The notes under the pieces were generated by a model. The model was not told where the DNA came from and searched no databases. It was given only the letters and a program-made list of their open reading frames with translations. Of a stretch of DNA of 29,410 bases, positions 6,710 to 12,232 are shown piece by piece; positions within the stretch are counted from its first letter, which is position 1, and every line of letters begins with the position of its first letter. The translations under genes were made by a program, and so were the position numbers. The stretch comes from a virus, in the IMG/VR virus record IMGVR_UViG_3300045988_055400, positions 1 through 29,410 of that record; one strand, 5' to 3'.

Positions 6710-7003
6710 TCAGAGGTGGTGTTTGATGTCGTCGATGATGGAGTCGAGTGGGATTTGTTCGTCTTCGGAGGACCGGTAGATGGGCTCGTATTCCACGAAG
6801 TAGCCCCTGTTCGGGTCGTCGTGGCCTATGGCTACTACGTCGTCGTCGTCGTCATTGTCCAGTGTGATGTACATGGTGTTGTCTGAGTCTTCTTTTGTGA
6901 GGATGATGGTGTTTTCGTTGGCGACGAGTTTTTCGTCGTATTCGTATGGTAGGCATCCGTTGAGGATATGGAATAGGGCTTGTATGTTTGTGTTCTTGTT
7001 CAT
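6710..7003 (-). CDS. Strongly acidic hypothetical protein, 97 aa (DNA-mimic-like composition)
   Basis: Start at ATG 7003 after AAGGAAA. By my count there are 23 Asp/Glu against about 6 Lys/Arg, including a DNDDDDD run. Confidence 0.7.
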   Translation of the reverse strand: MNKNTNIQALFHILNGCLPYEYDEKLVANENTIILTKEDSDNTMYITLDNDDDDDVVAIGHDDPNRGYFVEYEPIYRSSEDEQIPLDSIIDDIKHHL

Positions 7004-7047
7004 TTTGGTTTCCTTTTTATTTGGTGGCGTTGTTTTCCTTGCCTGAT

Positions 7048-7083
7048 ATTTAACACTGTACATACACGCGTGGTATGACACGC
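7048..7083 (-). promoter_or_regulatory. Motif-family site (GGCGTGTCA...) with TGTTAAAT extended -10-like box
   Basis: Minus strand reads GGCGTGTCATACCACGCGTGTATGTACAGTGTTAAAT. Confidence 0.4.
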
Positions 7084-7093
7084 CGAGGGTATG

Positions 7094-7122
7094 AAAAAAA
7101 GTGGCATGCTGTTGCGCATGCC
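7094..7122 (-). terminator. Rho-independent terminator after the DnaC-like gene
   Basis: GGCATGC / GCATGCC form a 7-bp stem. The plus-strand A7 run (7094-7100) gives a U-tract on the minus strand. Confidence 0.65.
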
Positions 7123-7134
7123 GCCTTAGGGTCG

Positions 7135-7980
7135 CTAGAGGCCGAGGAGTCTTGCCATGTCGGCCGAATCGTCGCGGAGCTTCTTCTCACGCCTGTCAGC
7201 GCCTTTCATTTCGATCGGCACGCACATTTCGAGCAGCCGTGAATAGATGCGTTTCCTGTCGACGGAGCTCGGGTTCTTTAGATCGGCTTGTGTGAGATTG
7301 GATGTTACGATGAGTGGTTTGCCGCTCCGGTATCTGGAGTCGATGATGTTGAAGATCATCTCGTTCATGAAGGATGTGTCGCGTTCTGCGGCTAGGTCGT
7401 CGATGACGAGCAGGTCAAGACGGTTGAGGTCGTCGAGGTAGCGTTGTTTGCCGTCGAACGTTCCTTGGAGGGTGTTGGTAATCCTTGCGAAGTTGGTTAC
7501 GAGGCATGGACGTCCTTGGTTGATGAGTTCGTTGGCGATGCAAGCTGCTGTATATGTTTTGCCAGTGCCGACCGTACCGTACAGAAGCAGTCCTTTGCCG
7601 CGTTTCTTCATTTCCTGGAAGTTGTCGACGTATTTGTGGGCGATGCTCGTTGTCTTCGGGTCTGTTCCGTCGTCGTTGGCGAAGGTCCAGTCGGCCATTT
7701 CACTGTCGGGGAAGCCGAGTTTGCGGAGTCGGTTTACTTCGACGCGAAGGTTTTGTGCCTGTCGGGCCTGTTCTTCTGCGTTCCGGCGTTCGCGTGCGCA
7801 GTCGCAGGGCGTGTATGGTTTCTTCTCCTTGCCGTCCCATGTGGCGATGAAGCGGCATTGTTTTGGCGTATGGCATTTGCCGCATGTGAGGAGGCCGTCT
7901 TCGTTGAGGTAGTCGCCTTCTTCGTAGTGGCTGTTTTTGTTTGCTTCGTGGATCATGGTTTCGATGAGGTTGGTTTTCAT
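7135..7980 (-). CDS. DnaC/IstB-like AAA+ helicase loader
   Basis: Walker A GTVGTGKT and Walker B LLVIDDL, with N-terminal Cys pairs CGKC...CDC. Start is ATG 7980; an alternative ATG at 8034 lies inside a hairpin and has no RBS. Confidence 0.85.
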   Translation of the reverse strand: MKTNLIETMIHEANKNSHYEEGDYLNEDGLLTCGKCHTPKQCRFIATWDGKEKKPYTPCDCARERRNAEEQARQAQNLRVEVNRLRKLGFPDSEMADWTFANDDGTDPKTTSIAHKYVDNFQEMKKRGKGLLLYGTVGTGKTYTAACIANELINQGRPCLVTNFARITNTLQGTFDGKQRYLDDLNRLDLLVIDDLAAERDTSFMNEMIFNIIDSRYRSGKPLIVTSNLTQADLKNPSSVDRKRIYSRLLEMCVPIEMKGADRREKKLRDDSADMARLLGL

Positions 7981-8004
7981 TTGTGGTTCATTTTCTTTTA
8001 CTTG

Positions 8005-8051
8005 AGATAATGTTATCTCACGTGTTGCCGGCATTGTGTGCCGGCGTGTCG
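8005..8051 (-). promoter_or_regulatory. Inverted repeats plus a CGACACGCCGGCA motif between the rep and loader genes
   Basis: GAGATAA-TG-TTATCTC at 8005-8020. GCCGGCA / TGCCGGC hairpin at 8027-8045. Motif at 8043-8051. Confidence 0.4.
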
Positions 8052-8055
8052 TGGG

Positions 8056-8793
8056 TTAGAACCAGCCGTTTTCGCGGGTGCATTCAGGTAGATGGCCGTC
8101 GGCATCCTGTGCGAGGGGTGTGGCGTTGGTGTTGGGTCGAATGGTCGTTCGGGCGTTGAGGTAGCCCTCGAATTTGTTACCGAAGAGGGTTTCCGGTCGG
8201 AGGAATTTTACCATTTCCGGGTTGTTGAGCCATTCTGCGCATTTCTTGTCGATGACCAGCTTCATATCGTCGACGGTAAAGCCTTCCTTGAGGCGGGTTT
8301 TGACTAGTTTGCGAGTGTTTACGGTGGTGGGCTTGTATTTGGTGCCGGCACGGCGGTTTAGGTGGTTTACGACCTCTTCGGTGGGGTCTGGATCCTTTGG
8401 CCGTGCGGGGGCTTGCGGCTCGTCGATGAGCGGTTGTGGTTCGATGGTGTCGTGTTCCGTCGTGGTGTCGGGCGGGGCTTGCACGTCGTTCTGTCGTGCG
8501 GCGATTTCCGGTGGGACGGCCGTGTAGTCGCACATGCGGATTCCGTTCACGTATTTTTCATGCTTGACGATGAGCTTGTCGGTGAGCAGTGACGCGAGGG
8601 TGTTGTCGACGGTCCGCATGGAGCATCCACACCATTCCGCGATGTATCGTCTGGTGCCGGAGAATTTGGAGTTTTCGTCTTGCGAGAAGCCGTAGATGAG
8701 GGCGTAGACGATGAGTTCGTAGCCTTTGAGGTTGAGTTTGGTGCGCATCCATCCTTGGATTGCGATGAAGTTGTTGTCTTTTACTGCTGACAT
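8056..8793 (-). CDS. Replication organiser: N-terminal wHTH plus C-terminal conserved phage domain (Phg_2220_C-like)
   Basis: N-terminal LKGYELIVYALIYGFSQDE...RYIAEWCGCSMRTVDNTLASL. C-terminal VVNHLNRRAGTKYKPTT...LVIDKKCAEWLNNPEMVKFLRPETLFGNKFEGY. RBS GAAGGAAA before ATG 8793. Confidence 0.75.
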   Translation of the reverse strand: MSAVKDNNFIAIQGWMRTKLNLKGYELIVYALIYGFSQDENSKFSGTRRYIAEWCGCSMRTVDNTLASLLTDKLIVKHEKYVNGIRMCDYTAVPPEIAARQNDVQAPPDTTTEHDTIEPQPLIDEPQAPARPKDPDPTEEVVNHLNRRAGTKYKPTTVNTRKLVKTRLKEGFTVDDMKLVIDKKCAEWLNNPEMVKFLRPETLFGNKFEGYLNARTTIRPNTNATPLAQDADGHLPECTRENGWF

Positions 8794-8927
8794 GATATTT
8801 CCTTCTGGGTAAAGTAAATCCCACTGACTGCTACCGTCTCCACCCGGTGGCAATCAATGGGATTCGTACCATTCCAAGTTATTTGCTCCATCCAAGCGGT
8901 GGAGCACTCGGAATGGCGTATGCCTCT

Positions 8928-8956
8928 AGCATACCACGTTTTCTAGACGACACGCC
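8928..8956 (-). promoter_or_regulatory. Promoter-like cassette for rep (GGCGTGTCGTCTAGAAAACGTGGTATGCT)
   Basis: Family motif plus a TGgTATGCT extended -10-like box. Confidence 0.5.
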
Positions 8957-8957
8957 G

Positions 8958-9248
8958 CTATATTCGGGTTATCGCATACCAGCTGAGGCAGCCGTAATGA
9001 ACCATGCTGAACAGTCCCTCATCCTCAAGCTTTCCGAGGGCCTTGGAAACGATGACTGCGGGCAGGTCCGGGAACATCCGGGGAAAATCCTTATAGGGCA
9101 TCCGAACCTAATAACGGCCGACATGATAGTGGCGCTGCCGCCTCCTCTGTTTCCGGTAGTAGTCGTAGAGCGGAGCATAGACGGTCGCCGCGGAAAAACC
9201 CAGTCTCTCGACCGGTTCAGGCATGGACGGAAGATTCTTCAAAGTCAA
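8958..9248 (-). pseudogene. Winged-helix-like ORF interrupted by one in-frame TAG (9108-9110): pseudogene or amber read-through gene
   Basis: Hand translation: (L)TLKNLPSMPEPVERLGFSAATVYAPLYDYYRKQRRRQRHYHVGRY-TAG-VRMPYKDFPRMFPDLPAVIVSKALGKLEDEGLFSMVHYGCLSWYAITRI. GAGGAGGA lies ahead of the TTG/ATG starts. Confidence 0.5.
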
Positions 9249-9490
9249 TCCTCCTCGATGAAAGAGCAGAAGAGACTCCGATTGTAGAGAATGCCTCCAA
9301 GCTTCGAAAGTGCGGTCACCGGATTATCCTATTTCCTGCATGCGATATCCCAAGCCTTAAGGACTTCATCGTTACCGAACTTCGAGCACAGGCCCGAGAA
9401 GAACTTCCGTGCCTTCTGCTCGCCTTCTCCACTGAAGTGGACGCCATACCGTTCAACGAGAGTATTTCCGATGGTGTCATAAACGCTCAT
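9245..9490 (-). pseudogene. DnaD-C-terminal-like ORF interrupted by one in-frame TAG (9329-9331): pseudogene or amber read-through gene
   Basis: MSVYDTIGNTLVERYGVHFSGEGEQKARKFFSGLCSKFGNDEVLKAWDIACRK-TAG-DNPVTALSKLGGILYNRSLFCSFIEED. The TGA stop overlaps the next ORF start as TTGA. Confidence 0.5.
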
Positions 9491-9526
9491 TATGTGATCT
9501 TTTTCTTGCCGTTGGCGTTTACCTCA

Positions 9527-9556
9527 AGCATACCACAAAGCATCGAAAAGCATCAA
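9527..9556 (-). promoter_or_regulatory. Sigma70-like promoter for the amber-containing ORFs (TTGATG-18-TATGCT)
   Basis: Minus strand reads TTGATGcttttcgatgctttgtggTATGCT. The GTGGTATGCT is shared with the rep promoter at 8928-8937. Confidence 0.45.
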
Positions 9557-9572
9557 AAGGCAAGGTATAGAT

Positions 9573-9628
9573 ACTTACTGCACATTCGCATCATCACCTC
9601 ACTTACTGCACATTCGCATCCTCACCTC
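9573..9628. repeat. 28-bp tandem direct repeat x2 (ACTTACTGCACATTCGCATC[A/C]TCACCTC), with a partial third unit
   Basis: Units at 9573-9600 and 9601-9628 differ at one base. Each carries CTGCAcattcGCA, which resembles the 10614-10696 sites. Confidence 0.9.
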
Positions 9629-9698
9629 ACTCACGTTCAACCCGGTCACCGCCATGCCCTGTTTCTTGATAGAGGGAGCGAGCTCCGGTAGAGAGAGT

Positions 9699-9744
9699 AA
9701 GCCTTAAGGGCTAAAGCGTTTTTTAGTGCTTTAGGTTAAGGCTT
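9699..9744 (+). promoter_or_regulatory. Bulged 16-bp hairpin followed by a T-rich tail
   Basis: AAGCCTTAA-GGG-CTAAAGC, loop GTTTTTTAGT, then GCTTTAG-G-TTAAGGCTT, followed by GTTGATTGTTT. Confidence 0.5.
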
Positions 9745-10013
9745 GTTGATTGTTTCCGTCAGTCGGTCGTCCGTACGGCGTCGGTCATAAGAGTGATGTA
9801 TTACTATCACTGATGCGGCATGCCCCAGCAGGTCGCGCTACATCTTTGATGTGATGGTGTCGGCATCCCGGTTGTTCCACCATCGCCTGTTGGGTCGGTT
9901 GAACTTCGCACCTCTAACGTGAGTATCAACCAACTATTAGTGGTTGTTCCCTTTACCTAAAGCAAGGACTGTAGCCGGGGAGTTTTTTCATGCCTCCGCA
10001 CCTGAGAGGCTTA

Positions 10014-10084
10014 TGCTATACTCGGATTTTACGGTTATTTTCAACCCCTATTATAGCGCATCGCTGTAGTGGGGGTTTCTTTTA
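10014..10084 (+). ncRNA. Candidate ~55-nt transcript: extended -10 promoter plus intrinsic terminator
   Basis: TGcTATACT at 10014-10022. A 14-bp stem (10043-10056 with 10064-10077) has three G-U pairs valid only for plus-sense RNA. The loop is CGCATCG and TCTTTT follows. Confidence 0.45.
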
Positions 10085-10150
10085 TGTCATCCACGCATTC
10101 GCATGGCATTCCTCTCTCACGCTTTCCACCGCACATGCCTCCAGAACGCA

Positions 10151-10237
10151 CGTAAAGGCCCCTCAAACCGATTTTCCCGTCAAACCCGATAACTCGTTAG
10201 GACTCGCTCACGACAGCCCATCAGAAAGGCCTTTACG
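10151..10237 (+). other. Long-range perfect 10-bp helix (CGTAAAGGCC / GGCCTTTACG) enclosing 67 nt
   Basis: Read directly. The strand is assigned only by context. Confidence 0.35.
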
Positions 10238-10417
10238 CAAGAAAGTGACGCTCCAGCATCAAAAAGTACCGAAAAGCATCGAAAGCGCCAAGCCATGAGA
10301 GAACCACCCAAGCCAAGTAAGGACCAACTCTCCTCTCTGCCTTCTCTCGGATCGAGTATCGGAGCCAAGGCCCGAAGGGCAGCATCGAAACCAAGCCTGT
10401 ACCCTCCTCGGTACTCA

Positions 10418-10463
10418 GAGCCATGGAAGAAGTTCCGAGACATCAGGTCAGACACCATGGCTC
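10418..10463 (+). other. Perfect 9-bp inverted repeat (GAGCCATGG / CCATGGCTC) enclosing 28 nt
   Basis: Read directly. Confidence 0.35.
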
Positions 10464-10527
10464 CACTCCGTAGTCACCGAAGCCATCAAGGCTTGTTCTT
10501 GGAGACTGGTTTCGTTTCTCTCTCTCT

Positions 10528-10554
10528 GGAAAGAAAGATTTTATCTTTCTTTCT
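10528..10554. other. A/T-rich purine-pyrimidine hairpin (GAAAGAAAGAT-TTT-ATCTTTCTTTC) flanked by CT repeats
   Basis: Read directly. An 11-bp stem. Confidence 0.5.
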
Positions 10555-10613
10555 CTCTCTTTAGAGTATTTACTAGAATATCCCTATATCTTATAGAGAT
10601 CTATATTATAGAG

Positions 10614-10696
10614 TTGCAAATTTTGCAGCTTCCTTGCTGTAAATTCTGCAGTACCCCCACTGCATATTTTGCGGTACAGTGCTGCAATGATTGCAG
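10614..10696. repeat. Four phased 15-bp palindromic sites (consensus CTGCA-N5-TGCAG): iteron/operator array
   Basis: Sites are TTGCAAATTTTGCAG (10614), CTGTAAATTCTGCAG (10637), CTGCATATTTTGCGG (10660) and CTGCAATGATTGCAG (10682). Spacing is 23, 23 and 22 bp. An AT-rich tract at 10561-10613 precedes them. Confidence 0.8.
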
Positions 10697-10779
10697 TGGG
10701 TGCGCAATCGTACGGGGAACTGTCTGAGGGTTCACACGTGGCACGCACCCTTGGTTGAACACGAACCATCGGCAATGAC

Positions 10780-10829
10780 AAAAAAGCCCCAGCCAGTCCG
10801 GGATTCTCTTCCCAAGACCAACCGGGGCC
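10780..10829 (-). terminator. Intrinsic terminator after the dut-DUF1064 operon
   Basis: Minus-sense stem CCCCGGUUGGUCU / GGACUGGCUGGGG with several G-U pairs, followed by CUUUUUUG (plus-strand A-run at 10780-10785). Confidence 0.6.
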
Positions 10830-10847
10830 ATGACCATTCCTACGCCG

Positions 10848-11183
10848 TCACGTCTCCTTGATGCTCATGCCGTACCGTCGTGCGAAGAGCTTGCGCTTAA
10901 GCCTATATATGTCGGTTCTCATGCCCTTGACGTCCTCGACGACCGTCTTGCCGTCCTCCACGTAAACGAAGTCCGCCACGTAGGAAACAGGCCGGTAATG
11001 ACTGCCGTCCACATCAAAGGCCGGCACGAGCTCATAACGCACCTGACGGCGCAGATCCTCGATGCTTCCGTCCTCCTCCATGCCTTTTAGGACGAGATAC
11101 CTGTCAGCCTCCCTCTTCGAGTCAAAAGTGACGCCGTCGACGCATGTTTTCTTTGCGTGGTATTTGCTTCGTCCGCTCCACAT
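10848..11183 (-). CDS. DUF1064-family protein (RecU/PD-(D/E)xK-like, putative junction resolvase)
   Basis: KYHAKKTCVDGVTFDSKREADRY, YVADFVY and VVEDVKG fit the DUF1064 pattern. RBS GGGAGG. Confidence 0.75.
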   Translation of the reverse strand: MWSGRSKYHAKKTCVDGVTFDSKREADRYLVLKGMEEDGSIEDLRRQVRYELVPAFDVDGSHYRPVSYVADFVYVEDGKTVVEDVKGMRTDIYRLKRKLFARRYGMSIKET

Positions 11184-11186
11184 GGC

Positions 11187-11597
11187 TTACCTCCCGGTAC
11201 TTCCGAAACCGTTGTCGCCACGCTCTGTCGCATTGAACGCGGAGACCTGTTCTGCCGATTCGCAGACCACCGGAATCACGACCAGCTGCGTGATCTTATC
11301 CCCGGCCTCGAACCCATAGTCTTCACCTCCGTGGTTGTAGAGCTTGACTACGATGCTTCCGGTGTATTCCTCGTCGATGAGTCCGGTGCTCGTGATGGAG
11401 TGCTTGACATTGAGGCCACTCTTGCTGACGAGCAGTCCAGCACATCCGTGCGGCAGTGCGACGTGCACTCCTGTGTCTACCGTGACGTTTGAGTAGGCCG
11501 GTACGGTCACCGCCACCGGCGTGCGCAGGTCCAGTCCCGCATCGGTCTTATAGGTTCGTGTCGGCATGTATGCGTCGTTGTTTAGCATGATTTCCAT
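11187..11597 (-). CDS. dut: dUTP diphosphatase
   Basis: Motifs AGLDLRTP, GLIDEEYTGSI and ERGDNGFGSTGR. RBS GGAAGGAA. Confidence 0.9.
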   Translation of the reverse strand: MEIMLNNDAYMPTRTYKTDAGLDLRTPVAVTVPAYSNVTVDTGVHVALPHGCAGLLVSKSGLNVKHSITSTGLIDEEYTGSIVVKLYNHGGEDYGFEAGDKITQLVVIPVVCESAEQVSAFNATERGDNGFGSTGR

Positions 11598-11629
11598 AAC
11601 GTGTTCCTTCCTGTGGTATAGTCGTCAAT

Positions 11630-11662
11630 GTCGGAAAGTTTTTTTTGGTTTCCCTTTCCGAC
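11630..11662. other. Perfect 9-bp hairpin (GTCGGAAAG / CTTTCCGAC) upstream of dut
   Basis: Read directly. The 15-nt loop is T-rich. Confidence 0.4.
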
Positions 11663-11682
11663 TGCCTTTCTATTATATAAAA

Positions 11683-11725
11683 ATACCCACTCGGACAACT
11701 GTTCGGGTGGGTATCGTTTTTTTTT
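11683..11725. terminator. Bidirectional terminator
   Basis: ATACCCAC...GTGGGTAT stem flanked by A5 upstream and T9 downstream (11717-11725). Confidence 0.7.
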
Positions 11726-11734
11726 ACGTTTGTG

Positions 11735-11944
11735 TCAGCGCTTGCTGTAGCCGCCGCTCAGGGCCTTGACGAGCCAGTAGAAGAAGTAGATGCCGCCAGT
11801 AAGGAAGCTATATACGCACACCTTGATGAAGCCTGGGGCCTTCTTCTTACCACTATTGTCCGTCTGAGGCGCAGACACGTTGTTGATGATGATGGGCTGC
11901 TGGGTCGGCTGGGTTTCCGTCTGGTTGGTTTCCTGCTCGGTCAT
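11735..11944 (-). CDS. Small membrane protein, 69 aa (single-gene unit)
   Basis: The N-terminus is Thr/Gln-rich. The C-terminal TM segment is FIKVCVYSFLTGGIYFFYWLV. RBS AAAGGAA. Confidence 0.75.
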   Translation of the reverse strand: MTEQETNQTETQPTQQPIIINNVSAPQTDNSGKKKAPGFIKVCVYSFLTGGIYFFYWLVKALSGGYSKR

Positions 11945-11999
11945 TTTTATTCCTTTCAGTTGGGTAGGTTTTTGATGCCCTACGTTGTTTGATGTACTC

Positions 12000-12029
12000 A
12001 GAGTATCATGCCACGTTAAGTGACACGCC
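12000..12029 (-). promoter_or_regulatory. Leftward promoter-like cassette (GGCGTGTCACTTAACGTGGCA-TGATACTCT)
   Basis: Family motif abutting a TGnTACTCT box. Confidence 0.5.
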
Positions 12030-12059
12030 GAACAGTCGATGGTCTACCGCACACGTCGG

Positions 12060-12088
12060 TTGCAATCCGATAAAAACGACGCTATATT
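12060..12088 (+). promoter_or_regulatory. Strong sigma70-like rightward promoter (TTGCAA-17-TATATT)
   Basis: Read directly. The spacer was counted as 17 nt. Confidence 0.65.
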
Positions 12089-12130
12089 GGTACTCGTCCC
12101 TCATTATGTACTGACCTACCTCAGACAAAT

Positions 12131-12173
12131 GCTCAACCGGCTTCCACGCATACCACCGGTTGAGCACTTTTTT
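12131..12173 (+). terminator. Intrinsic terminator ~40 nt downstream of the rightward promoter
   Basis: GCTCAACCGG / CCGGTTGAGC form a 10-bp perfect stem, followed by ACTTTTTT. Confidence 0.75.
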
Positions 12174-12232
12174 ATATCCAAAACCCTACAATCCTCTCCA
12201 CACATGCCTGTGACACACCAATACGAAATAAG

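Noticed and set aside
8885-8905. 8-bp hairpin GCTCCATC/GGTGGAGC in the rep leader region
   Set aside because: It is short, and its G-U pair forms only in plus-sense RNA while the region is expected to be transcribed leftward. It is probably fortuitous.
8847-9287. 146-aa plus-strand ORF opposite the amber-interrupted ORFs
   Set aside because: It has no RBS and no protein-like pattern. The opposite strand carries recognisable wHTH and DnaD-like segments.
9990-10564. Plus-strand ORFs 9990..10298 and 10295..10564, and minus-strand ORFs 10180..10458 and 10233..10424, inside the island
   Set aside because: The sequences look like out-of-frame translation (Ser/Pro/Arg/His/Leu-rich). There is no convincing RBS, and the ORFs overlap one another on both strands. 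The region is treated as non-coding, although a decayed gene cannot be excluded.
9573-10696. CRISPR array
   Set aside because: The repeats are either directly tandem with no spacers (28 bp x2) or are 15-bp palindromes 7-8 bp apart. Neither fits repeat-spacer architecture, and there are no cas genes.
8794-10847. tRNA or suppressor tRNA in the island (looked for because of the in-frame TAGs)
   Set aside because: I found no GTTCGAATC/GTTCAAATC-type T-loop with matching 5-bp arms and no cloverleaf by eye. tRNAscan-SE would settle this.
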